A stretch of 64,000 nt of DNA from Ignavibacteriota bacterium (GCA_963727825.1 CAVSHO010000001.1:192001-256000); one strand, 5' to 3'. Numbered from the stretch's first letter, positions 1 through 11,607 are shown. The notes: generated by a model from the letters alone, not told the origin. Numbers and translations: made by a program.

Positions 1-459
1 ACTGGTTTCATGATGATTGATCCACTCCATCGTTATACTCAGGATGAGTTATCAGAATCCAATATTCCGATGGCGGCAGTTGTGAGTGGTTCATTTAAAA
101 GTTACTTCTCTGCGACAGGCGGAGAAAATAAAGCGTTCGTGCCGCAAGTAACGAAAAGTCCCGATACGCGTATAATTGTAGTGGGCGACGGCGATTTTAT
201 GAAAGATGACTTCGCAAGCAGTCGCGGTAATCTGACGTTCTTCATTAATATTGTGGATTACCTTGCAGATGATGCAGGCTTGATTACAATTCGTTCTAAG
301 GATGTTGCACAGCCGCCGTTGGATCAAATTTCAGATGGAACGAAAAAACTGCTGAAATATGGCGATTTGATTTTACCGCCGTTACTCGTTATCGGGTACG
401 GTTTATTCCGATGGAGACGACGTGTTGCACTGAAACGGTCGTTCGAAGCTCAGATATAA
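1..459 (+). CDS. GldG-like/ABC-type uncharacterised transport auxiliary protein, C-terminal part (5' truncated by window)
   Basis: Frame open from base 1; 'RIIVVGDGDF...N..FFINIVDYL..D.GLI.IRSK' followed by a C-terminal TM helix and RWRRR; followed by a DUF4340-like gene. Confidence 0.75.
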   Translation, partial: TGFMMIDPLHRYTQDELSESNIPMAAVVSGSFKSYFSATGGENKAFVPQVTKSPDTRIIVVGDGDFMKDDFASSRGNLTFFINIVDYLADDAGLITIRSKDVAQPPLDQISDGTKKLLKYGDLILPPLLVIGYGLFRWRRRVALKRSFEAQI

Positions 460-487
460 GTTTGGGAAGTGTAAAAGGTAGATAGAA

Positions 488-1378
488 ATGAAAAAGAACA
501 CATACATTCTAATTGGTTTATTCGTTTGCCTCTTAATCATAGCATTCCTTGTTTTGCAAAAACCTGGAGAACAAAGTGTGAATTCGGCAATTGCCGGATC
601 GCTATTCACGATTGATTCACTCTCGGTAGATAAGCTTGAAATTAAGACACCTGCCTCTTCTCTTCTATTGGAAAAGCGCGGCGTTGAGTGGTTTGTCGCT
701 AAACCGATCAATTATAAGGCTGATCAGGCGAACGTTTGCCAGATCATCCATCAGATAAAAAATCTTGAGATTAAAAATGTTGTTTCAGATAAACCTGAAA
801 AGTATTCCGTGTTTCAAGTTGATCAAACCGGAACGCAGGTGACAGTGTATGAAAAAGGCGTTGAGAAGGCATCATTCATTTTGGGCAAGATGGCAGCAAA
901 TTATTCGGAATCATATGCACGCAGATTAAACTCTAATGATGTACTTATTATCGAAGGTGCATCTAATTATATGTTTGGTCGTCCAGTAAAAGATTGGCGT
1001 GATAAAACAATTTTAACGACGCCGAAAGAAAGCATCAAAGGAGTGCAATATCAGTATGGCGACACAACCTTTAACGTTACGTTTAGTGACAGTGCGTGGT
1101 TTGTCGGAAAAGATAAAGCACAGCAATCTGTAGTAGAAGGTATTATATCTACGCTCTCAAACTTTCAAGCAGATGATTTTATTGACAGCACCATTTCGCC
1201 CAAAGTATCGGCAATGATAACTTATGCCGGTGCTCAGCTTCGCTTCTCATTCAACAAAATTATAAACAAGTATTACGTTCAGTCTTCCAATTCGCCGCAA
1301 TGGTTTGTGTTGGAACAGTGGAAAGCAAACCAAGTTTTAAAACGGAAGAAGGAAATAATTGAAACAAGTAAAAAATAG
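488..1378 (+). CDS. DUF4340 domain-containing protein
   Basis: N-terminal anchor, 'W...P..YKAD', 'F.LGK...SYAR', 'WRDKTIL'; typical partner of GldG-like genes. Confidence 0.7.
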   Translation: MKKNTYILIGLFVCLLIIAFLVLQKPGEQSVNSAIAGSLFTIDSLSVDKLEIKTPASSLLLEKRGVEWFVAKPINYKADQANVCQIIHQIKNLEIKNVVSDKPEKYSVFQVDQTGTQVTVYEKGVEKASFILGKMAANYSESYARRLNSNDVLIIEGASNYMFGRPVKDWRDKTILTTPKESIKGVQYQYGDTTFNVTFSDSAWFVGKDKAQQSVVEGIISTLSNFQADDFIDSTISPKVSAMITYAGAQLRFSFNKIINKYYVQSSNSPQWFVLEQWKANQVLKRKKEIIETSKK

Positions 1379-1507
1379 AAAAAATAAGTAGAAGCTATCT
1401 TAAAAATGCCATTTGCTGTAAGGGTGACTTAAAATCATTTTTGAGATGTCTTATAGAAAGTATCAAAGAAAGACAACTTTTTGACCGCGAGTTTCTGAAG
1501 GCAGATG

Positions 1508-1545
1508 AGGAAGCCCTTCGATAAGGAGGGCTTCCTGATTTTTAT
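1508..1545 (+). terminator. Probable intrinsic terminator
   Basis: aggaagcccttc/gagggcttcct hairpin followed by gatttttat. Confidence 0.65.
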
Positions 1546-1562
1546 CTCATCGGTACAATTCC

Positions 1563-1591
1563 TTGCTTACGGAAGCATTTTTGATTACTTT
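1563..1591 (+). promoter_or_regulatory. Putative sigma70-type promoter of the PPIase operon
   Basis: TTGCTT-17 nt-TACTTT, about 50 nt upstream of ATG 1642. Confidence 0.45.
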
Positions 1592-1641
1592 TTCATCTGG
1601 CAACAGTTCCTATCATATTAAAATCAAAGGTTACGAGATCT

Positions 1642-3636
1642 ATGACGCACAAACTAATTTTCGGAATCAGCATTATTCCAGTTCTTTTTTTATTAGGATG
1701 CGGAACATCGAACCCAATAGTTGCTACCGTTGGCGATGAAAAAATCACACTTAAATATTTTGAAGACAGCTACGCCAAAGACAACGGCGGCTGGGATACC
1801 AGCGCCATCTCATCGGTAGAAGACCGGCAGCGATTTCTTGACTTACTTATTAAATATAAACTAAAAGTGAAAGATGCACACGCTCAGGAACTTGAAAAAG
1901 ATTCTGCTATTATTAGTGAAATGAAAACCTACAACAACACTGTTGCTCAGTCCTATATAATTGAGAAAGAAGTCGTAGAACCGGGATTGGAGCGGATGTA
2001 CAATAGGAAAAAAGATGAAGTTCGCGCCAGCCACATTCTCTTCAGCCTTAAACTAAAAGCATCGCCTCAGGATACACTCGCGGCATATGAACAGGCGATG
2101 AATACTATTGCGAAAATTCCACAAGTTCCATTTGACACGCTTGCGTTCAAATACTCGGAAGATCCGTCGGCAAAAGTTAATTATGGCAATTTAGGGTTTT
2201 TTTCTGGAGGCAGAATGGTGCCTGAGTTTGAAGATGCAGCTTATTCACTTAAGTCCGATGATTACACTAAAACTCCGATTCGAACGCAGTATGGGTACCA
2301 TATAATTAAAGTAACGGGTCGCCAGCCGAACTCAGGGTCGGTACGCATTAGTCACATCCTTCTACGATTCAAAGAAGACTTGAAAGATACAGATGCGGTG
2401 CGTGATACTGTCTGGATGATCTACCGCAAACTCAAGAGCGGAGCAAGTTTCACTGAAATGATGCAAAAGTACAGTCAAGATCCGAAAAGTGTGGCAAACA
2501 ATGGCGACATCGGTTTTTATGAACGCGATCGGCTTCCACAAAATGTTGCTGATATATTTTATAAAATGAAATTAGATTCAATCTCTGAACCGATGCGATT
2601 CAATTATGGTTTTCACATCTTCAAACTCACGGAGAAAAAGGCACTGCCATCGTTTGCGGAGATGCAGAAAGACCTGAAAGAGCAGTATAAACAAGTACGG
2701 TACCAACATGAATACAATCAATACGTACTGGAATTGAAAGCAAAATACAATGTTGGTATTGATTCTTCAGCTGTACGCAAATTGATATCATCTTTGGATA
2801 CGACTAAATTATCAGGTAGCGAAGGATGGAGAGATACACTATCAGCAGAAATGTTGAAAACGACGATTATCCATAGAACAGGTACTCCATTCACAGTAAA
2901 TGATTTAATAGAAAATGTACTCACAACAAACGATTTTAAAAATTATGTCTTAACGCCTGATAATATTTGGCTGCTAACAAATAAACTGCTTGATGTTGCT
3001 GCGCTCGAAGAACATGCAAGTCATGCCATAGAAAGATATCAAACGCTGGCAAATCTTCTTAAGGAATATGCAGAAGGAATTCTCCTCTATCGGATTGAGC
3101 AAGACGAAGTATGGAAAAAAACAATAGTGAATGACTCGCTTTTGAAAGAATATTACAATGCACATAAAGAAGAATATCGCTGGCCGGAACGTGTCAACTT
3201 TGCAGAAATATATACAATAACGGACAGCATGGCAAAGGCAGCTTATTGGAAAGTACGATATGGCGAAGACTTTCTGGACGTCGCGCAAGAATATACAAAT
3301 CGTTCTGGATATCGAGAGAAAAAAGGTGTTTGGGGAATTCAACCATTCGCATCAAACGACTTATCGCTTAAAGCCTCAACAATGGCAATAGACAGCGTAA
3401 CCGAACCATTCCAATATCAATCAGGCTGGTCAATTATTAAAGTGCTTGCTAAGGATACTGCACATGTGAAGAGTTTTGAAGATGCGACACCGGAAGTTGC
3501 AAGTGGTTATCAAGATATGGCATCAAAACAACGCGAACAAGATTGGATAGAAACTCTCAAGAAAAAATATCCAGTAACTATTAATAAAGAAATATTGACA
3601 GAAGCATTTAAAAGGAAACGGGTTGAATCCCAGTAA
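1642..3636 (+). CDS. Multi-domain parvulin-type peptidylprolyl isomerase lipoprotein
   Basis: Lipobox LLGC; rotamase motifs 'VRASHIL', 'GNLGFF...MVPEFEDAAY', 'YGYHIIK', 'RISHILL'. Confidence 0.9.
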   Translation: MTHKLIFGISIIPVLFLLGCGTSNPIVATVGDEKITLKYFEDSYAKDNGGWDTSAISSVEDRQRFLDLLIKYKLKVKDAHAQELEKDSAIISEMKTYNNTVAQSYIIEKEVVEPGLERMYNRKKDEVRASHILFSLKLKASPQDTLAAYEQAMNTIAKIPQVPFDTLAFKYSEDPSAKVNYGNLGFFSGGRMVPEFEDAAYSLKSDDYTKTPIRTQYGYHIIKVTGRQPNSGSVRISHILLRFKEDLKDTDAVRDTVWMIYRKLKSGASFTEMMQKYSQDPKSVANNGDIGFYERDRLPQNVADIFYKMKLDSISEPMRFNYGFHIFKLTEKKALPSFAEMQKDLKEQYKQVRYQHEYNQYVLELKAKYNVGIDSSAVRKLISSLDTTKLSGSEGWRDTLSAEMLKTTIIHRTGTPFTVNDLIENVLTTNDFKNYVLTPDNIWLLTNKLLDVAALEEHASHAIERYQTLANLLKEYAEGILLYRIEQDEVWKKTIVNDSLLKEYYNAHKEEYRWPERVNFAEIYTITDSMAKAAYWKVRYGEDFLDVAQEYTNRSGYREKKGVWGIQPFASNDLSLKASTMAIDSVTEPFQYQSGWSIIKVLAKDTAHVKSFEDATPEVASGYQDMASKQREQDWIETLKKKYPVTINKEILTEAFKRKRVESQ

Positions 3637-4471
3637 ATCTCTTTTCGCTGTTCTTCTTGCTATAATGGCAATCGGTTGTTCCAAGAATGCACCGGACAAA
3701 ACTCCTGTTGCTCGCATCGACAATCAGACACTGGCGCTGGAAGAAATCCGTGCGCATCTTGACACAACGCGCGAACCATCACAGGCACAAATTCAGCAAT
3801 ATATTCAACAGTGGCTCACAGAGGAATCTTTATATCGTGAGGCAATAGACCGTGGTCTCGACCATACGGATGAGATAAATCAAAAGGTGGAGGATGTTCG
3901 GCGGCAACTGGCAATCAATGCATTGTTAGAGAAAGAAGTATACTCCCAACAGACATCAAACTTCTCCACGCAAGATATTCGTCGGTATTATGATACACAT
4001 ATTAAAGAATTTAATGTGATGCAGGATGTAGCATTAGTCAGCTTTGCACTTTTTAAGAATCGAGACGTCGCAACAGAATTTCGTAACCTTGTATTGAAAG
4101 GAACCCCGTGGAATTCTGCACTCAATCAAGAGGCGCAAGCGATTGTGACACGTATAGATTCATCTTACCAGACTCAAGCAACCCTGATGCCGGCAGAGTT
4201 ATGGCGAGTCGCATCAAAATCAACAAGCCGCGAGCTTTCGTTCCCAATAAGTACCGATAATGGTTATTATATTCTCGTAGTGTGGAAATTCATCAAGCAG
4301 GGGCAGACGGCAGATGCACCTTTAGTGGAACAAGAAATACGCGGACGGCTGACTGTGGAACGACGGCGCCAGATATTCAATCAACTTGTTCAGAACCTTC
4401 GCGCAAAACATGCAATTCAAGTATTCACTAGTACGGCATCCGATTCGGGAAAGTCTAAAACAGAAGAATAG
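3623..4471 (+). CDS. PPIase-like lipoprotein (SurA/EpsD-like)
   Basis: Lipobox AIGC, 'PVARID', 'LYREAIDRGL', degenerate rotamase 'S.PISTDNGYYIL'; lies between two PPIases. Confidence 0.75.
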   Translation: MNPSKSLFAVLLAIMAIGCSKNAPDKTPVARIDNQTLALEEIRAHLDTTREPSQAQIQQYIQQWLTEESLYREAIDRGLDHTDEINQKVEDVRRQLAINALLEKEVYSQQTSNFSTQDIRRYYDTHIKEFNVMQDVALVSFALFKNRDVATEFRNLVLKGTPWNSALNQEAQAIVTRIDSSYQTQATLMPAELWRVASKSTSRELSFPISTDNGYYILVVWKFIKQGQTADAPLVEQEIRGRLTVERRRQIFNQLVQNLRAKHAIQVFTSTASDSGKSKTEE

Positions 4472-4479
4472 GAAAATGT

Positions 4480-5754
4480 ATGAGGAAAGTTTGTAGATTC
4501 TTAGTGTATCTTTCTCTTTTGATTCCAGCCGCGTTGTCGGCTCAAACACTTGTTGATCGAATTGTTGCGGTAGTAGACAAAGAAATTATTACCGAATCGG
4601 AGTTGAACGAGCGTGTTAAATTTCTTGCAATGCAAAAAAGCATTGATCCGAACCAGGCTGGACTGCGCATGCAAGTGCTTGATGGGTTAGTTTCAGAAAA
4701 ACTCATGCTTGCACAAGCATTAATTGATAGTGTTGAAGTAACAGAAGACGAAGTAACTCGCGGACTTGATCAGCAAATAGCAAACTTCGTTCGGCAGGTT
4801 GGCTCTGAACAGCGTGTGGAACAGATGTACGGAAAATCCATTAGCCGTATAAAGCGTGAGTACCGAACCGAAATAAAAAATCAGCTGCTTGTACAAAAGG
4901 AACAACAACAGCGCGAAGCTACAATTTCGGTAACGCATCGTGAGGTGGAAGATTTTTTTGTATCGTTCAAAGATAGTCTTCCGCAGGTTCCGGAGGAGTT
5001 CGAGTTAAGTCATATTTACATTGTGCCAAAACCAGACACGGCAGTAGAAGCAAAAACCAGAATTGTAATGCAATCTATTCTTGACAGCATTCATGCCGGC
5101 GGGGATTTTGCGTACTTCGCAAAACGTTATTCAACAGATCCGGGTTCTGCCGCAAGCGGTGGTGACCTCGGCTGGGAAAAACGCGGAGTGTTTGTCCGTG
5201 AATTTGAAGAAACTGTGTTTGGGATGAAAGAAGGCGATGTTTCACGCATTGTGAAAACACAGTTTGGATTTCACATTATTCAGTTGCTTGGCAGAAGGGG
5301 TGAATCGGTGCATGCGCGCCATATCCTTATGAGGATTGAGAAGGGGCCTGCAAGCGATTCTGCGGCAGTTGATACATTGCGGGTTCTTCGGGAGAGGGCA
5401 CTCAAAGGAGAATCTTTTGAAGAATTGGCGAGCAAATATTCTGAGGATGAGGACACAAAAACCATAGGCGGCGATTTAGGCAAACTGACTGATGACCAAC
5501 TCCAGCCGGATTTTGCGAAGCAAATCAAAGAAATGAAGGCAGGGGAAATTAGTGAACCGCTTCGTACGGTGGTAGGATCTTCATACGGCTTTCATATTGT
5601 TTGGATGCGTAAACGAACAGCACCACATGCTATTAATTTAAAGGACGACTTTAAGCGCATTGAGCAGCTTGCGCTCTGGATGAAGCGGAATAAACAAAAT
5701 GCTGAATGGATTGATGAACTGAAGAAAACTTTCTATGTCGATGTCAGGCTCTGA
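4480..5754 (+). CDS. surA: Periplasmic chaperone/PPIase SurA
   Basis: 'VDRIVAVVDKEIITESEL' SurA N-terminus plus two parvulin domains (GGDLGW, FGFHIIQ). Confidence 0.85.
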   Translation: MRKVCRFLVYLSLLIPAALSAQTLVDRIVAVVDKEIITESELNERVKFLAMQKSIDPNQAGLRMQVLDGLVSEKLMLAQALIDSVEVTEDEVTRGLDQQIANFVRQVGSEQRVEQMYGKSISRIKREYRTEIKNQLLVQKEQQQREATISVTHREVEDFFVSFKDSLPQVPEEFELSHIYIVPKPDTAVEAKTRIVMQSILDSIHAGGDFAYFAKRYSTDPGSAASGGDLGWEKRGVFVREFEETVFGMKEGDVSRIVKTQFGFHIIQLLGRRGESVHARHILMRIEKGPASDSAAVDTLRVLRERALKGESFEELASKYSEDEDTKTIGGDLGKLTDDQLQPDFAKQIKEMKAGEISEPLRTVVGSSYGFHIVWMRKRTAPHAINLKDDFKRIEQLALWMKRNKQNAEWIDELKKTFYVDVRL

Positions 5755-5792
5755 TTGGCGGTGCATATACAACACAGAACACTGGTGAAATT

Positions 5793-6797
5793 GTGGCGAA
5801 AATAATAAAACCAAACGATGATGTTGAATCCGTAAAACGGCTCACGAAGGCATATGCGAGCCTGCGGGCGGAAATTGGCAAAGTGATTGTTGGACAAGAC
5901 ATCATTATCGAACATCTCTTCATCACGCTGCTTTCACGCGGGCATTGCTTGTTAATCGGCGTACCGGGATTGGCGAAAACACTCCTGATAAAAACATTAG
6001 CGCAAGCACTGGATTTAAAATTCAGCCGTATTCAATTTACACCTGATCTCATGCCGAGCGATATAACAGGAACTGAAATTATCGAAGAAAATATTTCCAC
6101 AAGAACAAAGGCGTTTAAGTTTATTCATGGACCGGTGTTTGCAAACATTGTTCTTGCCGATGAAATTAACCGTACACCGCCGAAAACACAAGCTGCTCTT
6201 TTGGAAGCAATGCAAGAACATCACGTAACGGCTGCCGGTGAGACCTATGTGCTCGATGAACCTTTCTTCGTTCTTGCAACACAAAATCCGATTGAGCAGG
6301 AGGGAACATATCCATTACCTGAAGCCCAGCTCGATCGGTTTATGCTCAATCTCTGGTTAGACTATCCGTCGTTCGCCGAAGAAGTTCAAATTGTTAAATC
6401 AACGACAAGTAAATATGACGCATCGATAAAGCATGTTCTTTCTGCCAGCGATATAATCGAGTTTCAAAAACTTGTACGCAGTGTACCTGTTGCAGATAAC
6501 GTCATTCAATTTGCAGTTAGGCTGGTAGATTGCACTAGACCATCCTCATCTGGCGCACCGGCCTATATTAAAAATTGGATTCGTTGGGGTGCAGGCCCAC
6601 GTGCATCGCAATATTTAATTCTTGGCGCCAAATCGCGCGCGATTCTTCATGGACGTTTCACACCAGACATAGAAGATGTAAAAGCAATTGCAGGGCCAGT
6701 ATTGCGTCATCGTCTCGTGACAAGTTTCAACGCAGAGGCAGAAAATGTTTCGGCGATCCAGATTGTAGAAAAATTGATTCAGGATGTGAAATCGTAA
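5793..6797 (+). CDS. MoxR-family AAA+ ATPase
   Basis: GVPGLAKT, RIQFTPDLMPSDITG, LADEINRTPPKTQAALLEAMQE, ATQNPIEQEGTYPLPEAQLDRF. Confidence 0.95.
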   Translation: MAKIIKPNDDVESVKRLTKAYASLRAEIGKVIVGQDIIIEHLFITLLSRGHCLLIGVPGLAKTLLIKTLAQALDLKFSRIQFTPDLMPSDITGTEIIEENISTRTKAFKFIHGPVFANIVLADEINRTPPKTQAALLEAMQEHHVTAAGETYVLDEPFFVLATQNPIEQEGTYPLPEAQLDRFMLNLWLDYPSFAEEVQIVKSTTSKYDASIKHVLSASDIIEFQKLVRSVPVADNVIQFAVRLVDCTRPSSSGAPAYIKNWIRWGAGPRASQYLILGAKSRAILHGRFTPDIEDVKAIAGPVLRHRLVTSFNAEAENVSAIQIVEKLIQDVKS

Positions 6798-6815
6798 TTA
6801 AAAAATTTGAGAAGC

Positions 6816-8880
6816 ATGATGCGAATATTGAATATATCGATGCTTCTTCTTGCCTTGGTTACTGCACCTGCAGCAACGCAAACCAATCACTACTGGATTG
6901 TATTACATAATAAAGTGGTTTCGTCTTCTCTTCAAAAAAAACCACAGTCTCTTGGTATTACAGAGCGGGCGCTAAAGCGGCGTGCGAAATCCCTTCCTCC
7001 AGATAAGTTAATTGATGAATTTGATTTACAAATTTCAGAATCTGCTCTATCTCAAATCAAACAAACGGGAGTAAAAATTCGCGTTGTATCACGCTGGCTG
7101 AATGCCGTGTCGGTCGAAGCAACACCGCAACAGCTTCAACTGCTCAATGCCCTTCCGATAGTTTCGAAATGCGAACCGGTGGTGCGATTCAAAAATTCAT
7201 ATCCCGTGCCATCGCCAGTGACACAATCACAACTTATGAAATCATCAGGCGTTCAGACATTAAATTACGGGTTATCTGCAACACAGCTCACCAATATGAG
7301 AGTTGTTGATCTTCATGCAATTGGTGTGAATGGCACAGGCGTTCTTATCGGTATGATAGATGATGGATTCAACAATTACCGAACGCATGTGGCATTAAAG
7401 AATATTCAAGTAATTGCTACGTATGACTTTATTCATAACATTGTTGATGTTTCTAAGCAACCTTGGGAAGACACTACAAGTCCGAGTCAAGGCAATCATG
7501 GTGCGGGCACATTATCTGCAGTCGGTGGATTTGATAACGGAAATATGATAGGTGCGGCGTACGGCGCTTCATTTCTTCTTGCAAAAACAGAGATGGATAG
7601 TAGTGGAAACTCAGCGGATTTCCCTAGCGAAGAGGATACATACGTAGCAGGTCTCGAATGGGAAGAGCGCCTTGGTGCTGATATTACATCTTCTTCGCTA
7701 GGTTATAAAGAATTTGAAGATTCACTTTTTGTGCCGTTACCATACTATACGACTGCCGATATGAACGGAAAGACAACAAAAGTCGCCCGCGCTGCATTGA
7801 TAGCGTCGCGTAAAGGTGTGCTCGTAGTGACAGCAATGGGCAACGAAGGTTCAATTAGTGGCAAGGGGAATCAATCTCAGCGGGCAGATACAACACTTAT
7901 ATCTCCTGCCGATGCCGACAGTATTATCTCTGTGGGAGCAGCATCATCAGACGGCGAACTTGCGGTGTTCAGCAGCTGCGGTCCAACTGCTGATGGCCGT
8001 ATAAAGCCGGAGGTGGTTGCACAAGGTGTAGGAGTATATTGGGCTGATGGATCAACAACAACAGGTTATAGTAACGTCTCGGGCACATCGTGTTCTACGC
8101 CTCTGGTTGCCGGTGCTGCAGCGTTAATACTTTCTGCACATCCACAACTTACGAATATGCAAGTGCGTGATGCATTGATGAGAACAACTGTTCAAAGAAA
8201 AGATGGAACATCGGAAACTGCAATATATCCAAATAACTATTACGGTTATGGATTTGTTGATGCGTATGATGCTGCGTTATCCGCTGGACCTGTATTCAGT
8301 AATATTCCTGAGGTGACCACAGTCAATAATCAATTGATTGTTTCTACATTCATTATCTCGAATACTGGAATCTTAAACGATTCTCTTTTTTTTTATTATA
8401 GTATCAATGGGAACGTTTTCAATCGTGCTCATCTTCAGCCTACAAGTAATGCTCATGAATTTAGTGCGTTCAATCCCAAATTCTTCTAATGCAATTTCGG
8501 TAGTGGGATATTTTTCGATGTACGACAGCACAAATCAACATTATATCTACCCGGCTGTTGATACAATACAACATTTGCTTACAGTTGAAACATCTCTGCC
8601 GCAGAATTACGCATTATCGCAAAACTATCCTAACCCGTTTAATAGTGAAACAACATTCTTATTTGATTCTCCAGTAAGCGAAGAAATAGAAGTGATGGTG
8701 TTCAACGTCCTGGGTCAGAGAGTGAAGACGATATATCAAGGACAATCAGTTGCAGGTATAAATACTTTTCGATGGGATGGAACTGATGAACAAGGAATAC
8801 ATACTGCGACGGGCGTATATTTTGCCCGCTTAAAAACGCCGCGGACTATTCGTTCTATCAAAATGTTATATCTCAAATAA
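6816..8880 (+). CDS. Secreted S8 (subtilisin-like) serine peptidase with T9SS C-terminal sorting domain; one frameshift near 8470
   Basis: Triad IDDG / NHGAGT / GTSCSTP; ORF 8407-8880 supplies 'YALSQNYPNPFN...WDG.D...GVYFARL'; removing one T from gcgttcaatc joins HEFSA to SIPNSSN. Confidence 0.85.
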
Positions 8881-8889
8881 TTACTGCCG

Positions 8890-11055
8890 ATGCCGGAGCT
8901 TCATCTTTCTCTTTTATTCCATCTTGTTTTACTTCTACTTGCTGTTGTATGTTCCATTATGTTATCGTTGTTTGTGTACCGTAGCACCGTGCCTCCTGTT
9001 TCATTTGTAAAACGGTACATGTTAATTTCTCTCCGAAGTATCGGATTACTTTTATTATTCCTTCTTCTTGGGGAACCACTGCTTTCGCTAGTTACTCATT
9101 CTGTTGATCAACCTGTCGTTGCAGTACTGGTGGATAATTCTCAAAGTATGGCAATAACCGACCGGGCAGGACGCCGGGAGGACATTCTTAAATCTATTCT
9201 CCATTCTGATATATGGAAAAAAATCAACAAAGAAGGAAGATTGACGTATTCAATATTTGACACAAAAGTCAGAAATCTTAAGGCTATTACCGATGATTCG
9301 TTGACATTCAAAGGCGAAGCGACTGACATAGCAGAAGCATTGAAATCGGTTAAGCAAATTTCTGCATCGTCTAATCTAAAAACTGTTGTGTTAATCACAG
9401 ATGGTAATTCGACAATCGGAATGAATCCATTATATGAAGCAGAAGAAATAGGTGTACCGGTGTTCATTGTTGGTATTGGTGATACAATCGAGCAGAAAGA
9501 TCTTCTCATCCGTAAAGTACTGACAAATGAGATCACTTATGCCGGGACCAAATTACCTGTAAACGTAACAGTGCATAGCGCTGGATTCGGCGGCGAACAA
9601 GTGAAAGTATCTCTCCGTAATGGTGCAACAATACTTGATGAGAAGTCGTTGACATTAGACAGCGGTACACGTGATTATATTATTCCACTCTCGTTTGTGA
9701 CGGAGAAAGAAGGGATGCAGAAATTTACGGCAGAGGTCTCGAATCTTCCGGGAGAATTAACACTACAGAATAATCGTATGAGTTTCTTCATTAAGATTCT
9801 TAAGAGCAAGCTGCGCGTTGCACTGATTGCTGGCGCGCCAAATCAGGACGCAGCGTTTATCAGGCGTGCGATAACGAATGATAAAAATGTTGAACTAAAT
9901 CCTTTCATTGAACAGAATGATGGGCAATTTTTTGAAAACATTTTGAATGAAGATGCGTTGAAAACGGTTGATTGTATCGTGCTTGTCGGATTTCCAACAG
10001 AACATAGTGATCCGCGAAGTTTGCAAATGATTTTAGATGCTTCGGCATTAGCAAAACCGTTTCTGATAATACTGAGCAGAACTATAGATTTTGGGAAACT
10101 CCATGCGTTGGACCAGCTGTTACCGTTCAATGTTGAGAATGGTACAAGCAATGAGCTCCAAATCTTTGCCGCGATTCCCGAAACTCAGCGGAATAATCCA
10201 ATCTTAAAGATTAGTGCAAATAGCGATAACGTTGAATTATGGTCTAAACTTCCGCCCGTGTTCCGCCAGCAGGGAAATTTCCGTTCAAAGGTCGAATCTG
10301 AAGTTCTTGCCACTGTTCGTTTGCAATCAACTACGCTTACTGATCCATTTATCGTGGCAAGGAACGTGAACAAAAAGAAATCTATCGCAGTGCTCGGTTA
10401 CGGTTTATGGCGTTGGAATATGTTATCAGATGCGGGAAACGGAACGGATCAAATGCTTGATCATTTCATGAGCAATGCTATTCGCTGGCTGACTACACAA
10501 GAAGATTCGCGTAGAATTCGAGTGCAATCATCCAAGCATATATACACGACGCAGGATGCGATCGAGTTCATTGCTCAAGTGTACGACGATAATTATCAGC
10601 CATTGGACGATGCCAATATTGAAGTGCGCGTGCAAAATGGAAGTGAAACAAGTTCAATATTATTAAACGCACTTGGCAGCGGCCAATATCAAGGTGAGTT
10701 TGAATCTTTACGGGAAGGTGACTACAAATTCATAGCGACGGTAATGGCTAACGGAGCGGCAATTGGCAACGATCAAGGTACATTCTCTGTCGGCGGCCTC
10801 AATGCAGAATTCCTTGATACACGAATGAACAAACCGTTGCTTCAACAGATTGCAGCGCAAACAGGCGGGCGGTATTATGACAGCAATAATTTCAGTTCGC
10901 TTGCAAATGATGTAACAGCTTTGCCAGATTTCAAACCGCGTGACAAAAGCAAGTCAGCAGAAATTGAAATCTGGAATTCAAGATGGATGCTCATGCTTGT
11001 TGTCTTTATTTTTACGCTCGAATGGTTTTTGAGGAAACGGAATGGAATGTTATAA
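8890..11055 (+). CDS. VWA domain-containing membrane protein
   Basis: MIDAS 'LVDNSQSM', 'VLITDG'; C-terminal 'LEWFLRKRNG'; near MoxR. Confidence 0.85.
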   Translation: MPELHLSLLFHLVLLLLAVVCSIMLSLFVYRSTVPPVSFVKRYMLISLRSIGLLLLFLLLGEPLLSLVTHSVDQPVVAVLVDNSQSMAITDRAGRREDILKSILHSDIWKKINKEGRLTYSIFDTKVRNLKAITDDSLTFKGEATDIAEALKSVKQISASSNLKTVVLITDGNSTIGMNPLYEAEEIGVPVFIVGIGDTIEQKDLLIRKVLTNEITYAGTKLPVNVTVHSAGFGGEQVKVSLRNGATILDEKSLTLDSGTRDYIIPLSFVTEKEGMQKFTAEVSNLPGELTLQNNRMSFFIKILKSKLRVALIAGAPNQDAAFIRRAITNDKNVELNPFIEQNDGQFFENILNEDALKTVDCIVLVGFPTEHSDPRSLQMILDASALAKPFLIILSRTIDFGKLHALDQLLPFNVENGTSNELQIFAAIPETQRNNPILKISANSDNVELWSKLPPVFRQQGNFRSKVESEVLATVRLQSTTLTDPFIVARNVNKKKSIAVLGYGLWRWNMLSDAGNGTDQMLDHFMSNAIRWLTTQEDSRRIRVQSSKHIYTTQDAIEFIAQVYDDNYQPLDDANIEVRVQNGSETSSILLNALGSGQYQGEFESLREGDYKFIATVMANGAAIGNDQGTFSVGGLNAEFLDTRMNKPLLQQIAAQTGGRYYDSNNFSSLANDVTALPDFKPRDKSKSAEIEIWNSRWMLMLVVFIFTLEWFLRKRNGML

Positions 11056-11067
11056 AGAAGGAATCAT

Positions 11068-11607
11068 ATGAAGCTTTCACGATATTTGACATGGCTGGTA
11101 GGATTTTTTGTTTTTGTCTCTCCTTTTTCATATCTCAAATCTCAGACTGCTGATCGGCACCATCAGTGGTGGGTAAATCTTGGAGCTGGCCCGGGATTGG
11201 TTAGCAGTACTTTTGCGATGAACGCTGGTATGGAGTACTGTTATCAATTTGACCAAAGCGTTATCAGTGCACGGATACTTGGCGTAACAAATTATAATCC
11301 AACTGTGCAAGAGATCGATCAGTCATATACAATCTACAAAATGGCTGACTATGGAATTCTTTACGGACCAATTTGGCAAACGGATTGCGGTTATATTTCA
11401 GTCGGAGCCGGAATTGGAATGGTGCGAGCGGCATACGAAACTCCGATTGACATCGCAACAAATACAAGCGTCAGTTTGCCATTTGAGGCGCAATGGTTCT
11501 GGCGTTTTACATCGTACGCCGGAATGGGTCTATATGCCTATGCAACATTAAACTATGAAAAACCGTTATACGGTGTGATGTTGTGTGCTCAACTTGGCGC
11601 TTGGTGA
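11068..11607 (+). CDS. Hypothetical secreted protein, probable small outer-membrane beta-barrel
   Basis: Signal peptide, alternating aromatic/Gly strands, C-terminal Trp. Confidence 0.55.
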   Translation: MKLSRYLTWLVGFFVFVSPFSYLKSQTADRHHQWWVNLGAGPGLVSSTFAMNAGMEYCYQFDQSVISARILGVTNYNPTVQEIDQSYTIYKMADYGILYGPIWQTDCGYISVGAGIGMVRAAYETPIDIATNTSVSLPFEAQWFWRFTSYAGMGLYAYATLNYEKPLYGVMLCAQLGAW

